From an uncultured Alphaproteobacteria bacterium (GTDB taxonomy: Bacteria; Pseudomonadota; Alphaproteobacteria; Rhizobiales; Beijerinckiaceae), in NCBI GenBank assembly GCA_963787135.1, contig CAWBBW010000046.1, positions 1,532 through 65,531 on the forward strand: a stretch of DNA of 64,000 bases. Reading direction: 5' to 3'. Position 1 is the first letter of the stretch. Each line of letters opens with the position of its first letter. Positions 17,651 through 28,784 of the stretch are shown here, in pieces. The notes under the pieces were generated by a model. That model did no database searches, was not told the DNA's origin, and worked only from the letters and a program-made list of their open reading frames with translations. Both the position numbers and the translations under genes were made by a program.

Positions 17651-17935
17651 TCAATCTTGGATTTTTGCTATTTCTTGGTCGGCCGTTCTGCGAGAAACCC
17701 ATGCGCAGACGAGCGCCAAGCCGATAATCCACAGAGGGAGGACAGCTTCCACTACTTCTAGGGAGCTTGGCCGAGACCCACCGGCTAGCCAAACATCGAT
17801 GGGGTGAAAATATTCCGTCGCCTTAGGTAGGGACCAGAGCGGGACAAGAACCCCAGTCAAGCTGAGGCCGACGGAAAGATTGTTAAACCAGAGCGCCCGG
17901 AGCTTGATACGTTCGTTGACAGCCGCTTTGCCCAT
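17651..17935 (-). CDS. Small two-TM membrane protein
   Basis: GAGGAGGG ribosome-binding site before ATG 17935; two hydrophobic segments. Confidence 0.6.
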   Translation of the reverse strand: MGKAAVNERIKLRALWFNNLSVGLSLTGVLVPLWSLPKATEYFHPIDVWLAGGSRPSSLEVVEAVLPLWIIGLALVCAWVSRRTADQEIAKIQD

Positions 17936-18298
17936 TGGCCCCTCCTCGCCGCGCAGGCCGACGACAGGCCCAAATTTCAGAAGGGTCAACAAAATATTGG
18001 TGAACATCGCACGGAGGCCGTCAAGATCGTCGGCCCGGCCCGGCGCGCTTTCGCTGCCTCACGCGGACCCGAAGTGCGCGCAGGAATTGCGCCGCCCCTA
18101 CCAGGAGGGCCGCCAAGTCCCTCATCAAGTCGCCAAGCGTGTGCCAATCCATCTCAACCTCCAGTTGGTTGGGGATGGAAGCTTAAGATCGGAGCATTAA
18201 CGAAAAATTATCTTATTTGTGGTTGAGCCCAAAAATCTCGAACGAAAAAATCGCGCCTGAGGTTGTGGAGAGATCGCGGCCTCGCTAGCGCGCTCAAA

Positions 18299-18362
18299 TT
18301 AGGGCAAATGTTGGGGCAAGCCGTTGCCTGTCTAGAATTAGCGGTGCAATATCAATCACTTA
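18299..18362 (+). promoter_or_regulatory. Integrase arm sites and IHF-type site at the tRNA-proximal end
   Basis: TTAGGGCA 18299, TTGGGGCA 18311; TATCAATCACTTA 18350-18362 matches the IHF consensus WATCAANNNNTTR. Confidence 0.65.
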
Positions 18363-18373
18363 TGTGCTGGCGC

Positions 18374-18467
18374 TGGCGGAGACGGAGGGATTCGAACCCT
18401 CGATAGGGCTTTACAACCCTATAACGGTTTAGCAAACCGCCGCCTTCAGCCTCTCGGCCACGTCTCC
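18374..18467 (-). tRNA. tRNA-Ser (anticodon GCT)
   Basis: GGAGACG/CGTCTCC acceptor stem, GCGGT-TTGCTAA-ACCGT anticodon arm, long variable arm, GGTTCGAATCC T-arm, encoded CCA. Confidence 0.97.
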
Positions 18468-18534
18468 GGCTGCGCAGGGCGCGGCCGAGATATGCCCGAC
18501 GGCCCCGCCTATTGCAAGCGCTCCTCCCGAAAGC

Positions 18535-19242
18535 TCAACGGGCGCGCTGACCGAATAGGATCTTGCGAGCCTCCTCGTCTTTCGCGAGGTCGCGCTGCTG
18601 CCGGCCAGGGATATCGAGCGCGAGCCCCCGCTGAACCGCCGGCCGCGCGAGCAGCGTATCGAGCCAGCGCGCAAGATGTGGGAAGTCGGTGATCTCCTGT
18701 CCGTAGCGCTTCCAGCCCCTGGTCCACCCGACGCAGGCCATATCGGCAATCGAATAGGGACCGGCCAAATACTCGTGATCGACGAGGCGATGGTTCATCA
18801 CGCCGAAGAGCCGATTCACCTCATTGGTGTAGCGGTCGATCGCATAAGGTATCTTCTCGCTCGCGTAGATGCGGAAATGATTCGCCTGACCCGCCATCGG
18901 GCCCAGACCGCCCATCTGCCAGAACAGCCACTCGCTGACCGCCACTTGTTCCCGCGGCGTCTCGCCGCCGAAACGCCCCGTCTTGTTCGCGAGATACTGC
19001 AGGATTGCGCCTGACTCAAACACTGAAATAGGCTTGCCGTCCGGCCCGTCCGGATCGACGATCGCCGGCATGCGGTTGTTGGGTGAGATTGCGAGAAAGG
19101 CCGGTTCGAACTGCTGGCCTGCGCTGATATCGACGCCGCGCACTGAGTAAGGCAGGCCGCACTCTTCCAGCATGATGGATATTTTCCATCCGTTGGGAGT
19201 GGGCCAATAATAAAGGTCAATGGAGTTGTCGGACTGGGTCAT
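18535..19242 (-). CDS. Glutathione S-transferase family, YfcG-like
   Basis: LYYWPTPNGWKISIMLEE, ISPNNRMPAIVD, FESGAIL, QMGGLGPM. Confidence 0.92.
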   Translation of the reverse strand: MTQSDNSIDLYYWPTPNGWKISIMLEECGLPYSVRGVDISAGQQFEPAFLAISPNNRMPAIVDPDGPDGKPISVFESGAILQYLANKTGRFGGETPREQVAVSEWLFWQMGGLGPMAGQANHFRIYASEKIPYAIDRYTNEVNRLFGVMNHRLVDHEYLAGPYSIADMACVGWTRGWKRYGQEITDFPHLARWLDTLLARPAVQRGLALDIPGRQQRDLAKDEEARKILFGQRAR

Positions 19243-19538
19243 GCGCCGCTCGCTTCGCCGGCGGCGTCGCCGTTTGATCCAAGATCGATCCTCAACGACA
19301 GCGCCAGACGCTGTGATCAAAGGATGCGCCCAAGCGCAGCGTCTTGGCAAGCGGACCTCGGCAGGGCACGCGCACACGCACCGACCTCAGCCGCTGCGCG
19401 ACCCCTCCCGGTAAGTCATCATTCACTGCTGCGGCGCTCTTACAGGAAACGCAACAGCTACGGGTGCAACGGCCGATCAGGCTCGGTTCGTCCGCCGGAG
19501 CCGAGCCTGATCAACCGGTGCGCAAGCGCGCAAAACGA

Positions 19539-19817
19539 TCACATCTGCGGCGGCATCTCGGAGGACGGCGGGGGAGCCGGAGCCTTCTTGCGCTTAGCAG
19601 GAGCACGCTTGGCGGCAGATTTTTTCGCGCCGGCTTTCTTCTTCGCTGCGGACTTCTTTCCGGCGGACTTCTTCGCAGCGCCCTTCTTTACCGCGCCTTT
19701 GCGCACAGCCTTCTTCGCGACAACCTTACGCGCACTCTTCTTCGCAGCAACCTTTTTTGCGGGCTTTTTCTTGGCGGCGGATTTCTTCGCCGTCTTCTTA
19801 GCAGCAGCTTTCGCCAT
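19539..19817 (-). CDS. Lys/Ala-rich histone-H1-like protein
   Basis: MAKAAAKKTAKKSAAKKK... repeated AAKK motifs. Confidence 0.8.
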   Translation of the reverse strand: MAKAAAKKTAKKSAAKKKPAKKVAAKKSARKVVAKKAVRKGAVKKGAAKKSAGKKSAAKKKAGAKKSAAKRAPAKRKKAPAPPPSSEMPPQM

Positions 19818-20373
19818 GTGTTGCGTCCCTCTCATTCGCCTGCTTTGCGCGCGAATTCTTCGCGCGTTGCAGCAGCGCGAGTGAAGGTACATTCGTTTTG
19901 ATTCCGCGCAAGAGTTCGTCGTCCGCAAAACAGCTCCGCGACAAGATGACTATCGAATTATCGCGCGCGCGTCGGCATCGCTGCGCGGTCTTCCGGCAAA
20001 GCAAGCCAACGCCGCGAGCGTAGTACGACGTCGTCACTCACTCCTATCGCCGACGCCTCTGCGCGTTGCTTTGACGAGGTTGCGCCTTCTCTAAGTCGCC
20101 TTGATTTTCAGGCATCTCCGAGGATCGAAGCGTATTGAGCGAAAGCATGGCAGCACGCCTCGGAGTCGGCGCGCGACGAGCGAATCTTCACAGAGTCGCC
20201 CAATCATGCGAACGCACGGACGTGTCAAATCGAAACGGCGCGCGAGCGGATCGCAATCGAATTTTTCTTGGGACAAGTCGTCGCATTTTCGTTGCGACAC
20301 CGCGAATCTGCAACGACTCACCCGCACAAGGCCTTGCGAATCAGCTGATTCGCCAACAGCGAATCAGTGAGAC

Positions 20374-21861
20374 TCAAATGCCGAGCCTTCGCTTCAGCAC
20401 GTCGCTGACGGCCTGAGGATTGGCCTTGCCGCCCGTAGACTTCATCACCTGACCGACGAACCAGCCTAACATCCCGGGCTTCGATTTCGCCTGTTCGGCC
20501 TTGTCGGTGTTGGCTGCGATAACGGCGTCGACGGCGCGGTCGATCACGCCGATGTCAGTCATCTGCTCAAGACCGCGGTCCCGAACGAGGGTCCGCAGAT
20601 CGACAGTCCCTACTTCGGCGATACGGATCGTCAAGACGTCCTTGGCGATCTTGCCCGAGATCGTACCGTCGCTGATCAGGTCGACAAGTTCTGCAACATT
20701 GGCCGAGCTTATGTTCGCGCGACTGATGGGAACGTTCTGGGCGTTCGCGTGAGCCGAAACATCGCCCATAATCCAGTTCGCCACCGCCTTCGCGTCCCGC
20801 TTCCCGGCGCGGTGATTGACCGCAGTCTCGAAAAAGTCGGCCGTCTCGCGTTCCGCGACCAGGATCGAGGCGTCATAGGGGGAGAGGCTGTAATCGGCCA
20901 TAAAGCGCGCCTTCTTGACGTCCGGCAACTCTGGCAAAGCCGCGGCGAGCGCGTCGACGTACTCCGGATCGAGCTCAAGCGGCAGCAGATCGGGATCGGG
21001 AAAATAGCGGTAGTCATGCGCTTCCTCCTTGGAGCGCATCGAGCGGGTTTCGCCGCGCGCGGGGTCGAACAGCCGCGTCTCCTGCTCGATCGTTCCACCG
21101 TCCTCGATGATCGCGATTTGCCGGCGCGCCTCCGTCTCTATGGCCTGACCGATGAAACGAATCGAATTGACGTTCTTGATTTCGCACCGCGTGCCGAGCG
21201 CAGTTCCCGGGCGGCGGACGGAGACGTTGACGTCCGCCCGCAAGTTGCCCTTTTCCATGTCGCCGTCGCACGAGCCGATGTAACGCAGGATCGTGCGCAG
21301 CTTGCTGACGTAGGCTTTGGCCTCGTCGGCCGACCGCATGTCGGGTTTGGAGACGATTTCCATCAGCGCGACGCCGGATCGGTTGAGGTCGACGAAGCTC
21401 ATCGTCGGGGACTGGTCATGCAGCGACTTTCCAGCGTCCTGCTCGAGATGGAGCCTCTCGATGCCGACCCTGATGGAATGCTCGGGCGTCAGATCGACCT
21501 GAATCTCGCCCTCGCCCACTATCGGGCTCTTGTATTGCGAGATTTGATAGCCCTGCGGCAGATCAGGATAGAAGTAGTTCTTACGGTCGAACACCGAGCG
21601 ACGATTGATCTTCGCTTTGAGTCCGAGGCCGGTTCGAACCGCCTGCGCCACGCATTCGCGATTGATGACCGGGAGCATCCCCGGCATCGCCGCATCAACC
21701 AGCGAGACATGCGAGTTGGGCTCGCCGCCGAAGACCGTCGAGGCTCCGGAAAACAGCTTCGCTCGCGACGTCACCTGAGCGTGAACCTCAAGTCCGACGA
21801 CCACTTCCCAATCGCCCGTCGCGCCCTTTACGAGTTTTGCCTTCGCCGGATCTATCGTCAT
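20374..21861 (-). CDS. gatB: Asp/Glu-tRNA amidotransferase subunit B
   Basis: [45 protein letters not shown]. Confidence 0.98.
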   Translation of the reverse strand: MTIDPAKAKLVKGATGDWEVVVGLEVHAQVTSRAKLFSGASTVFGGEPNSHVSLVDAAMPGMLPVINRECVAQAVRTGLGLKAKINRRSVFDRKNYFYPDLPQGYQISQYKSPIVGEGEIQVDLTPEHSIRVGIERLHLEQDAGKSLHDQSPTMSFVDLNRSGVALMEIVSKPDMRSADEAKAYVSKLRTILRYIGSCDGDMEKGNLRADVNVSVRRPGTALGTRCEIKNVNSIRFIGQAIETEARRQIAIIEDGGTIEQETRLFDPARGETRSMRSKEEAHDYRYFPDPDLLPLELDPEYVDALAAALPELPDVKKARFMADYSLSPYDASILVAERETADFFETAVNHRAGKRDAKAVANWIMGDVSAHANAQNVPISRANISSANVAELVDLISDGTISGKIAKDVLTIRIAEVGTVDLRTLVRDRGLEQMTDIGVIDRAVDAVIAANTDKAEQAKSKPGMLGWFVGQVMKSTGGKANPQAVSDVLKRRLGI

Positions 21862-21894
21862 GTCGGTGCCCTCGGTATTCGAGAAACGTGGTGC

Positions 21895-23415
21895 TCAGTG
21901 CCACCACGGCTCGGGCAAGGACGTTCGTCCAGCAGATCGCTCGAGCGCTTCACCCAGCGTGAACAGCGTCTCTTCGTCGAACGGCCGCCCGATCAACTGC
22001 AGTCCCAGCGGCAGACCCTCGCTCGAAAGCCCAGCAGGCGCGACGAGACCCGGGAGACCCGCCATGTTGACCGTCACCGTGAAGACGTCGTTCAGATACA
22101 TCTCCACCGGATCCTCGGACCCTTTCTCGCCGATGCCGAACGCCGCCGAAGGCGTTGCAGGCGTCAGGATCGCATCGACGCCATCGGAAAAGACACGCTC
22201 GAAGTCGCGCTTAATCAGCGTCCGGATCTTCTGTGCGCGCACATAGTAGGCGTCGTAGTAGCCGGCCGAAAGCACATAGGCGCCAATCAGCAGACGGCGC
22301 CGGACCTCGCCGCCAAAGCCTCTGGCGCGGGTCTTCTCGTAGAGGTCCAGGATGTCGGCCGCGGGCTCGCGCAAGCCGTAGCGAACGCCGTCGTATCGCG
22401 CCAAATTGCTCGAAGCCTCGGCTGGAGCGACAATATAATAAGCCGGCAGTGCGTGTCGCGTATTGGGCAGGCTCACGTCCACCACCTTTGCGCCGGCCGC
22501 CCGCAGCCACTCGGCGCCGCGCGCCCACAGGGCTTCAATTTCGGCGTTCATGCCTTCGAGCCGATATTCCTTCGGCACCCCGATCGTCAGGCCTCGAACC
22601 GATCGGCCGATGGCGTCTTCGTAATTCGGAACAGCACCCGGTGAGCAGGTCGAGTCTTTTGGATCGGGTCCCGCCATCGAACGCAGCATGATGGCCGCGT
22701 CGCGCACGGTGCGAGCAAGAGGTCCCGCCTGATCGAGCGACGATGCGAAGGCCACCATCCCCCATCGCGAACAACGCCCATAGGTCGGCTTGATCCCGAC
22801 GATGCCGGTAAAGGCAGCTGGCTGACGAATGGAGCCGCCGGTATCGCTGGCGGTCGCCGCGAGGCAAAGTCTCGCCGCCACCGCTGCGGCAGAGCCGCCA
22901 GAGGAGCCGCCTGGCGTCAGCAGACCTTGCTTGCCGCGCGCAAGAGCGGTACGCGCCTGGTCGCGACCCCAGTTGGGCGGCAGCCACGGCGACGCGACAG
23001 GCCCATAGTAGGACGTCTCGTTCGACGAGCCCATGGCGAACTCGTCCATATTCAGCTTGCCGAGCATCACGGCGCCATCGCGCCACAAATTGGAAGTGAC
23101 GGTCAACTCGTAGGTTGGCCTGAAGCCGTCGAGGATGTGGCTGCACGCCTGCGTATGCACGCCCTCGGTGGCGTAGAGATCCTTGATCCCGATCGGCAGT
23201 CCCTCCAGGGGGCCGCCCTCTCCCTTGGCGAGACGCGCGTCGCTGGCTTCGGCCATGCGCAGCGCCTTGTCCACCGTCGTCACTATATAAGCGTTGAGCC
23301 CTTTGGCCCGCTCTATCGCTTCGAGATGGGCCGCGGTGATCTCGAGGCTCGAAATCGCTCGGGACTTGAGCTGATCGCGCGCCTCCGCAAGCGTCAGAGA
23401 TGTGAGGTCGGTCAA
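21895..23415 (-). CDS. gatA: Asp/Glu-tRNA amidotransferase subunit A
   Basis: [49 protein letters not shown]. Confidence 0.98.
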   Translation of the reverse strand: MTDLTSLTLAEARDQLKSRAISSLEITAAHLEAIERAKGLNAYIVTTVDKALRMAEASDARLAKGEGGPLEGLPIGIKDLYATEGVHTQACSHILDGFRPTYELTVTSNLWRDGAVMLGKLNMDEFAMGSSNETSYYGPVASPWLPPNWGRDQARTALARGKQGLLTPGGSSGGSAAAVAARLCLAATASDTGGSIRQPAAFTGIVGIKPTYGRCSRWGMVAFASSLDQAGPLARTVRDAAIMLRSMAGPDPKDSTCSPGAVPNYEDAIGRSVRGLTIGVPKEYRLEGMNAEIEALWARGAEWLRAAGAKVVDVSLPNTRHALPAYYIVAPAEASSNLARYDGVRYGLREPAADILDLYEKTRARGFGGEVRRRLLIGAYVLSAGYYDAYYVRAQKIRTLIKRDFERVFSDGVDAILTPATPSAAFGIGEKGSEDPVEMYLNDVFTVTVNMAGLPGLVAPAGLSSEGLPLGLQLIGRPFDEETLFTLGEALERSAGRTSLPEPWWH

Positions 23416-23452
23416 GTGTCTACCTTGGAGAAACGCCGTGCCGGCAAGCTCT

Positions 23453-23740
23453 TCACTCGATTACTTTTGGCACGACAAAGAAGCCGTCCTCGGTCAAGGG
23501 CGCGTTGGCCAGCACGTCATCCGCGATCCCGCCGTCGGTAACCACATCGTCCCGCATCGGCAGGCGCATCGGAATCACCGACGTCATCGGCTCGACCCCC
23601 TCGACGTCAACTTGCTCCAAAGCCTCGACAAACTTCAGAATCGCATTGATTTCGTCTTGAAGGTGCGGGATCTCCGCCTCGCTCACCCCGATGCGCGCCA
23701 AGTGCGCGATGCGGCGAACAGTGCTGAGATCGACAGACAT
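23453..23740 (-). CDS. gatC: Asp/Glu-tRNA amidotransferase subunit C
   Basis: [10 protein letters not shown]...MRDDVV...LANAP...FFVVPKVIE; first gene of gatCAB. Confidence 0.97.
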   Translation of the reverse strand: MSVDLSTVRRIAHLARIGVSEAEIPHLQDEINAILKFVEALEQVDVEGVEPMTSVIPMRLPMRDDVVTDGGIADDVLANAPLTEDGFFVVPKVIE

Positions 23741-23850
23741 CGAACACTCCTCAAGGCCCTTGGATCAAGGGCCGCGGCCCCTATACATCGCCGTCATTTG
23801 GCGTGCAAACGCGCCTTACGCGTATTCGCGCCCCGTGCTAGCCGCGGCCC

Positions 23851-24342
23851 ATGAACCGTCCGATCGATCTCGAAGATCTGGCCTCGCGTCTTCCTGCTAA
23901 GGCCCGCCTGATTGGCCTCGATCTCGGAACGAAGACGATCGGGCTGGCGATCTCCGACGTCGAGCGCCGCCTTGCGTCGCCCTTGAAAACGCTGGCGCGG
24001 GGCGCGTTTCAAAGGGACGCCGATGCATTGATCTCGATCTTCGCGGAATTCGAGATCGTCGGCGTGATTCTTGGGCTGCCGCTCGATTTGGAAGGGCGGG
24101 AAGGTCCGCGCGCGCAATCAACGCGCGCCTTCGCCCGGAACCTGTCGATGCGCACGGATCTTCCGATTGCGTATTGGGATGAACGATTTTCGACTGCCGC
24201 CGTTACACGATCCCTGATCGCCAACGATGTGTCGCGCGCCCGCCGAGCCGCGGTCGTCGACAAGATGGCGGCCGCTTACATCTTGCAGGGCGCGCTGGAC
24301 CGGCTCGCCCGCCTGACGCGAAATCCCGGTAACGTATCGTAA
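23851..24342 (+). CDS. ruvX: YqgF/RuvX family nuclease
   Basis: LIGLDLGTKTIGLAISD, WDERFST, VDKMAAAYILQ. Confidence 0.95.
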   Translation: MNRPIDLEDLASRLPAKARLIGLDLGTKTIGLAISDVERRLASPLKTLARGAFQRDADALISIFAEFEIVGVILGLPLDLEGREGPRAQSTRAFARNLSMRTDLPIAYWDERFSTAAVTRSLIANDVSRARRAAVVDKMAAAYILQGALDRLARLTRNPGNVS

Positions 24343-24534
24343 CTCTTCGATTGGGTGACGTTTCGTAACTCTTTCATAATGTTATTGCGGTCGACTTATG
24401 TTTTTGAGATGAAGGTCCGGCGTTGACATCGCTCATGCCCGGATCGAGTTTGCAAAGCGCTCAAAGCACTCGTTTGAGCGGCGGGATTGGCCTAAGAACC
24501 AATCTCGTTTCTGTCCTACGGATTGTGTTGTCGC

Positions 24535-24873
24535 ATGGCCGGCGAAAGTGGGTTCCCGAGACGAAAGCGCGCAGGCCGTGGGCGAGACGCCGGCGACCCG
24601 CAGCCCGTGGGAACAAGGCGAGCGGAGATTCCGTCCCGCGTCGCGCCAAGAGAAGCGTTCGACGTCGCCCGCTACGTGACCGACATGGCCGCCCAGCTGG
24701 AGGCGATGGCGATCGCAGCGCGTCTCGATCTTCTGGCCTATTTCCTCGGGATGGCCAAGGCCGAGGGCGACTTGTTCCTTCGGACGCACGCCGGGGCTGA
24801 CGGCGCGGGCGGTGACTCCGGGGAGCCCGGAACCGCAGATCCAATCCCCGACAACGACCACGCTCTCGACTGA
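24535..24873 (+). CDS. Hypothetical protein
   Basis: ARYVTDMAAQLEAMAIAARLDLLAYFLGMAKAEG helical core. Confidence 0.65.
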   Translation: MAGESGFPRRKRAGRGRDAGDPQPVGTRRAEIPSRVAPREAFDVARYVTDMAAQLEAMAIAARLDLLAYFLGMAKAEGDLFLRTHAGADGAGGDSGEPGTADPIPDNDHALD

Positions 24874-24885
24874 CCCCGCGTGGAC

Positions 24886-26109
24886 TCATGCGGTCTGGGT
24901 CCGCAGTGCGACCCGATTGCCGCCAGAAAACTCGACCCGTCCGGCCAATTCGAGCTCGATCAGGGCGACCCGCACCTCGCGGGTCGGGGCTTCCGCCGCC
25001 CGCGCGAGTTCATCGAGCGAGATCGGGGAGGGACCAAGGAGCGCGACGATCCGGTCGCGCGCGCCGCCCCGCCCGTCCGCGTGCTGGCGGGCGCCGCCCG
25101 GGGCGTCGATCTCTTCGACCGGACGCGTGCGGGGAGTCGCCTCAGGTTCGACGCCGAAAAGCGACTGCTCGCCCCACAGCGGCTCGCCGTCTCCGCCCTC
25201 CTCCAAGGACGCCAAAACGTCGCGCGAGAGCGTCGGGGCGAGCGCGTTCAGCACATCGTCCACGTTCGTGCAGATCGTTGCGCCCTGCTTGAGAAGATCG
25301 TTCGTCCCTTCGGCGCGAGGATCGAGGGGCGAGCCCGGCACCGCGAAGACCTGACGGTTCTGTTCGAGCGCAAATTTCGCGGTGATGAGCGACCCCGAGC
25401 CGCGCGCCGCCTCGACGACCACAGTGCCCAGCGCGAGGCCAGAGACGATGCGATTGCGCCGCGGAAAGTCCCGGCCGCGCGGCTCCCACTCGATCGGCAT
25501 TTCAGAGACGACCGCGCCGAATTCGACCATCCGCGCGATTAGCGGGACAGCTTCGCCGGGATAGGGTTTCGCATGGCCGCCGGCGAGCACCCCGAGGGCG
25601 CCGGTCTCCAAAGTCGCGACATGCACGCGCTGGTCGATGCCCCGGGCAAGCCCCGAGACGACGACATACCCGGCCTGGCCCAGCCCGCGGGCGAGCCGGT
25701 CGGCGAAAGTGAGACCGGCGGCCGAGGCGTTGCGCGATCCGACGATCGCCACCGCTGGCTGCTGCAGCGTCTCTTCCCGGCCGGCGAGCGCGAGGACCGG
25801 CGGAGCCGAATCGATCTCACGCAGGATCGGCGGGTAGTCCGGTTCGCCGAAGGCGACAAATCGCACGCCGAGCTTCCGCGCCGCGTCGAGCTCCCGCTCG
25901 ATCTCCTCGACCGAGGCCACGCGGATCGGGCGCGCCGCCCCGCCGCGCCGGGCGAGTTCGGGCAGCGCGTCGAGGGCGGCCCGGGCGCCGCCGCAATTGC
26001 TGAGAAGCGCACGAAAGGTGCGCGGCCCAACGTTTTCCGAACGGATGAGCCGCAGCCAGTCGAAGCGTTGTTGGTCGGAGAGTTTTGGGTCTTTTGGCGT
26101 CTTCGCCAT
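24886..26109 (-). CDS. dprA: DNA-processing protein DprA
   Basis: LRLIRSENVGPRTF, AIVGSRNAS, VSGLARGID, FPRRNRIVSG, VPGSPLDPR. Confidence 0.96.
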   Translation of the reverse strand: MAKTPKDPKLSDQQRFDWLRLIRSENVGPRTFRALLSNCGGARAALDALPELARRGGAARPIRVASVEEIERELDAARKLGVRFVAFGEPDYPPILREIDSAPPVLALAGREETLQQPAVAIVGSRNASAAGLTFADRLARGLGQAGYVVVSGLARGIDQRVHVATLETGALGVLAGGHAKPYPGEAVPLIARMVEFGAVVSEMPIEWEPRGRDFPRRNRIVSGLALGTVVVEAARGSGSLITAKFALEQNRQVFAVPGSPLDPRAEGTNDLLKQGATICTNVDDVLNALAPTLSRDVLASLEEGGDGEPLWGEQSLFGVEPEATPRTRPVEEIDAPGGARQHADGRGGARDRIVALLGPSPISLDELARAAEAPTREVRVALIELELAGRVEFSGGNRVALRTQTA

Positions 26110-26112
26110 CGG

Positions 26113-26709
26113 CTACCCCCGCCCGATCTTCGGCTCCGAGCCCGTGAGGAGCCGTCCGATGTTGGCGCTGTGCTTGAACCAGACGAGGGCCGCCAGGGTC
26201 CAGAAAACAAGGGCTGCCTCTCCGAGACCGATCGCGAGTGCGACCAGGGGCGAGACAGCCGTCGCCGCAAGCGCGGCGGCTGAGGAATATCGCGTGACGG
26301 CGACGACCGCGAGCCAGACGAGCGCGAAGGCGATCGCCGCGGGCCAGGCGATCCCGATCAGACCGCCGAGAAATGTCGCGACGCCCTTGCCGCCCCGAAA
26401 GCGCAGCCACACCGGATAGAGGTGGCCCAGGATCGCGCCGGCCGCCGCAGCAAGCGCGGCTTCGGGACCAAACGCCCAGGCTGCGAGCACCACGGCGAAC
26501 GTCGCCTTGAGGGCGTCGAGCACAAGCGTCGCTGCGGCCAGGCCCTTCCGCCCGGTCCTCAGCACATTGGTCGCGCCGATATTGCCCGAGCCGATGGTCC
26601 TAAGATCGCCGGCGCCGGCGAGGCGCGTCAGAATGAGACCGAACGGGATCGAGCCGAGCAGATAGCCGAGCGCCAGACCCAAGGCCGCGCCGTAGGAAAT
26701 CCCGACCAT
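26113..26709 (-). CDS. plsY: Glycerol-3-phosphate acyltransferase
   Basis: [39 protein letters not shown]. Confidence 0.96.
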   Translation of the reverse strand: MVGISYGAALGLALGYLLGSIPFGLILTRLAGAGDLRTIGSGNIGATNVLRTGRKGLAAATLVLDALKATFAVVLAAWAFGPEAALAAAAGAILGHLYPVWLRFRGGKGVATFLGGLIGIAWPAAIAFALVWLAVVAVTRYSSAAALAATAVSPLVALAIGLGEAALVFWTLAALVWFKHSANIGRLLTGSEPKIGRG

Positions 26710-26744
26710 CCGCTCAAAGCTCCGGCGCAGACATTGGCCGAAGC

Positions 26745-28037
26745 CTATTCGTGGGCGACCCGCCCGGCAACCAGCGTCAGCTTCACCCGACCCTCGAGTC
26801 GGGCCTCGTCGAAGGGCGTGTTGCGGCAGCGCGAGTGAAGCTCGGCCGGATCGAGCACATACGGCTCCTCAGGATCGAAGCGGATCACGTCGGCCGGCGC
26901 GCCGACCGCAAGCCTCCCGAGCGGAAGCTTGAGGATTTCCGCGGGGCGCAGCGTCATGGCGCGGATCAGGCGCGGCAGGCTCAGATGGCCTCCGGCGACC
27001 AGGCGCAGGCTTGCCGACAACATCGTCTCGACGCCGATCGCGCCGGCGGCGGCTTCCGCGAAGGGAAGCCTCTTCGTCTCCACGTCCTGCGGATCGTGGT
27101 CGGAGGAGATGACGTCGACGAGCCCCGAGTTGAGAGCTTCGACCAGAGCGACGCGCTCGTCTTCAGAGCGCAGCGGGGGGTTAAGCTTGAGGAAGGTCCG
27201 ATAATCGCCGACGTCGAGTTCGTTGAGGGTGAGGCTGTTGATCGAAACTCCGCAGCTGACCTGAAGCCCCTCGTCTCGCGCCCGCGCCATCGCGGCGAGA
27301 GAGAGCCGGTTCGAGAGGAGCGCGGCGTGGTAGCGGGCGCCGGTGAGGCCGACGAGCCTGAGGTCGCGCTCGAGTGCGATCGTCTCGGCCTCGCGCGGAA
27401 TGCCGGGGAGCCCGAGCCAGCTCGCGCGCAGGCCCTCGGCCGCCACCCCCTCGCCGCGGAGCGAGCGATCCTCGCAGACCGGGGCGATGAGCGCGTCGCG
27501 GTCGCGGGCATAGGTCATGGCGCGGCGCATGGTCAGCGCGTCGGCGACCGAGTTCGGCCCGTCGTTGAAAGCGATGGCGCCGGCTTCAGCCAGGAGACCG
27601 ATCTCCGCGATCTCGTGGCCGAGGAGCCCCTTGGTCAGCGCGGCCGAGGGGAAAATGCGGACCTTTGCGTCGTCGCGCGCGCGTCGCAGGATGAAGTCGA
27701 CGACCGCAGGATCGTCGACGGGAGGGTTGGTGTCAGGGCGCATCACGAGGGAGGTCACGCCGCCCGCCGCGGCGGCCGCGCTGGCGCTGGCGATGGTCTC
27801 ACGATGCTCGGCGCCCGGCTCGCCGACGAAGCAGCGCATGTCGATCAGGCCCGGCGCGACGACGTCGCCCGCGCAGTCGACGATGCGGGCCTCGGCGGGA
27901 ATGGAATCCCACGTAACCGCGGCGCCGACCCCGGCGATCAGCCCGTCGATGACAACAAGCCCGCCCCGGGTCTCGGTCTCGCGCTCGGGGTCGACGAGCC
28001 GGGCGTTGAGGAGAGCGATGGGCTGGGGCGAGGACAC
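26745..28037 (-). CDS. pyrC: Dihydroorotase-like protein; N-terminal metal-binding His-x-His replaced (DMRCF)
   Basis: [35 protein letters not shown]; probably the non-catalytic ATCase-associated type. Confidence 0.85.
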   Translation of the reverse strand: MSSPQPIALLNARLVDPERETETRGGLVVIDGLIAGVGAAVTWDSIPAEARIVDCAGDVVAPGLIDMRCFVGEPGAEHRETIASASAAAAAGGVTSLVMRPDTNPPVDDPAVVDFILRRARDDAKVRIFPSAALTKGLLGHEIAEIGLLAEAGAIAFNDGPNSVADALTMRRAMTYARDRDALIAPVCEDRSLRGEGVAAEGLRASWLGLPGIPREAETIALERDLRLVGLTGARYHAALLSNRLSLAAMARARDEGLQVSCGVSINSLTLNELDVGDYRTFLKLNPPLRSEDERVALVEALNSGLVDVISSDHDPQDVETKRLPFAEAAAGAIGVETMLSASLRLVAGGHLSLPRLIRAMTLRPAEILKLPLGRLAVGAPADVIRFDPEEPYVLDPAELHSRCRNTPFDEARLEGRVKLTLVAGRVAHE

Positions 28038-28520
28038 GGGGAAGAGCGCTTAGAGAGCGGCGCCGGCGATTGCAAGCGGTTGGCCCATTCAGGTCTGGGA
28101 GAGAGCGGGTACGGACGCCTGCACTTTTGGCAGCGACGAAGCGTTTTCAGAGGTTTAGGCGCCTTTTTCTGTCGCTTTTGCAGGCATCGCACGGGCTATT
28201 TGTCAGAATAGATATGTGCGTTCTAGGTTACGGTGTTCGGGGCGCGCTCCGCTGGCACTTGGCCGGGGGAGAAAATGGACGGGACCAATCGAGGAACGAC
28301 TTTGCTTTCAATTCATTAGAGAAAAAATTTAATCAAAAGCATCATGCTCCTCTGAACATTCCAGCGCTCTGATAAGTAAACCACAGATCGGCTTGTTTGG
28401 CAAGAAAATTGCGGTTTTTTCGAATATGGCCTGGCCCTCGTCCGGCGGCGTTGAAGCGCCGCCACCTTCTGCCGTGAACGGGAGAAGGGCGCGCGCCTCG
28501 AGCTGCCCATCTCAGCAGGC

Positions 28521-28784
28521 TCAGCAGGCGCTGCAGATGCTGTTCTGGGTACGGTCGTCCTGCTGCTCTATGGAGCGGTCCAGCGGCGTCTCGCCCGACC
28601 ACTGAGGGAGCCCGGGGCGGGGGACGGTCTCGCCGGTCGAGGTCAGATAGTTCTCATGCAGAGGATGGACCGGCGGGGGCTGGCTGAGACCCGGGGCGAC
28701 GGCGCCGCCGTCGTTCTGGGCATTGGCCGCAAAGCCCGTCAGCAGCGCGGTCAGGATGATGGGGATGAGCGCAAATCTTGACAT
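28521..28784 (-). CDS. Small secreted hypothetical protein
   Basis: GAGGA ribosome-binding site; signal peptide; C-terminal ICSAC. Confidence 0.7.
   Translation of the reverse strand: MSRFALIPIILTALLTGFAANAQNDGGAVAPGLSQPPPVHPLHENYLTSTGETVPRPGLPQWSGETPLDRSIEQQDDRTQNSICSAC

Larger units (their letters stand above)
3146..18387. mobile_element. Integrative element / putative phage satellite at tRNA-Ser(GCT)
   Basis: 14-bp direct repeats, terminal integrase, xis-like gene, primase-helicase module, paired TT(G/A)GGGCA repeats inside both ends. Confidence 0.88.

Noticed and set aside
18197-18211. CtrA-like box TTAA-N7-TTAT near the island end
   Set aside because: One mismatch in an AT-rich patch with no clear target promoter; could be chance.
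3146-18387. Island as a complete prophage or ICE
   Set aside because: No recognisable capsid, portal, TerL, tail, lysis, relaxase or T4SS genes.
20749-22644. 631-aa plus-strand ORF and the many similar long ORFs opposite known genes (e.g. 43559-45001, 50245-51510, 60545-61615)
   Set aside because: Antisense or alternate-frame shadows expected in high-GC DNA; no motifs.
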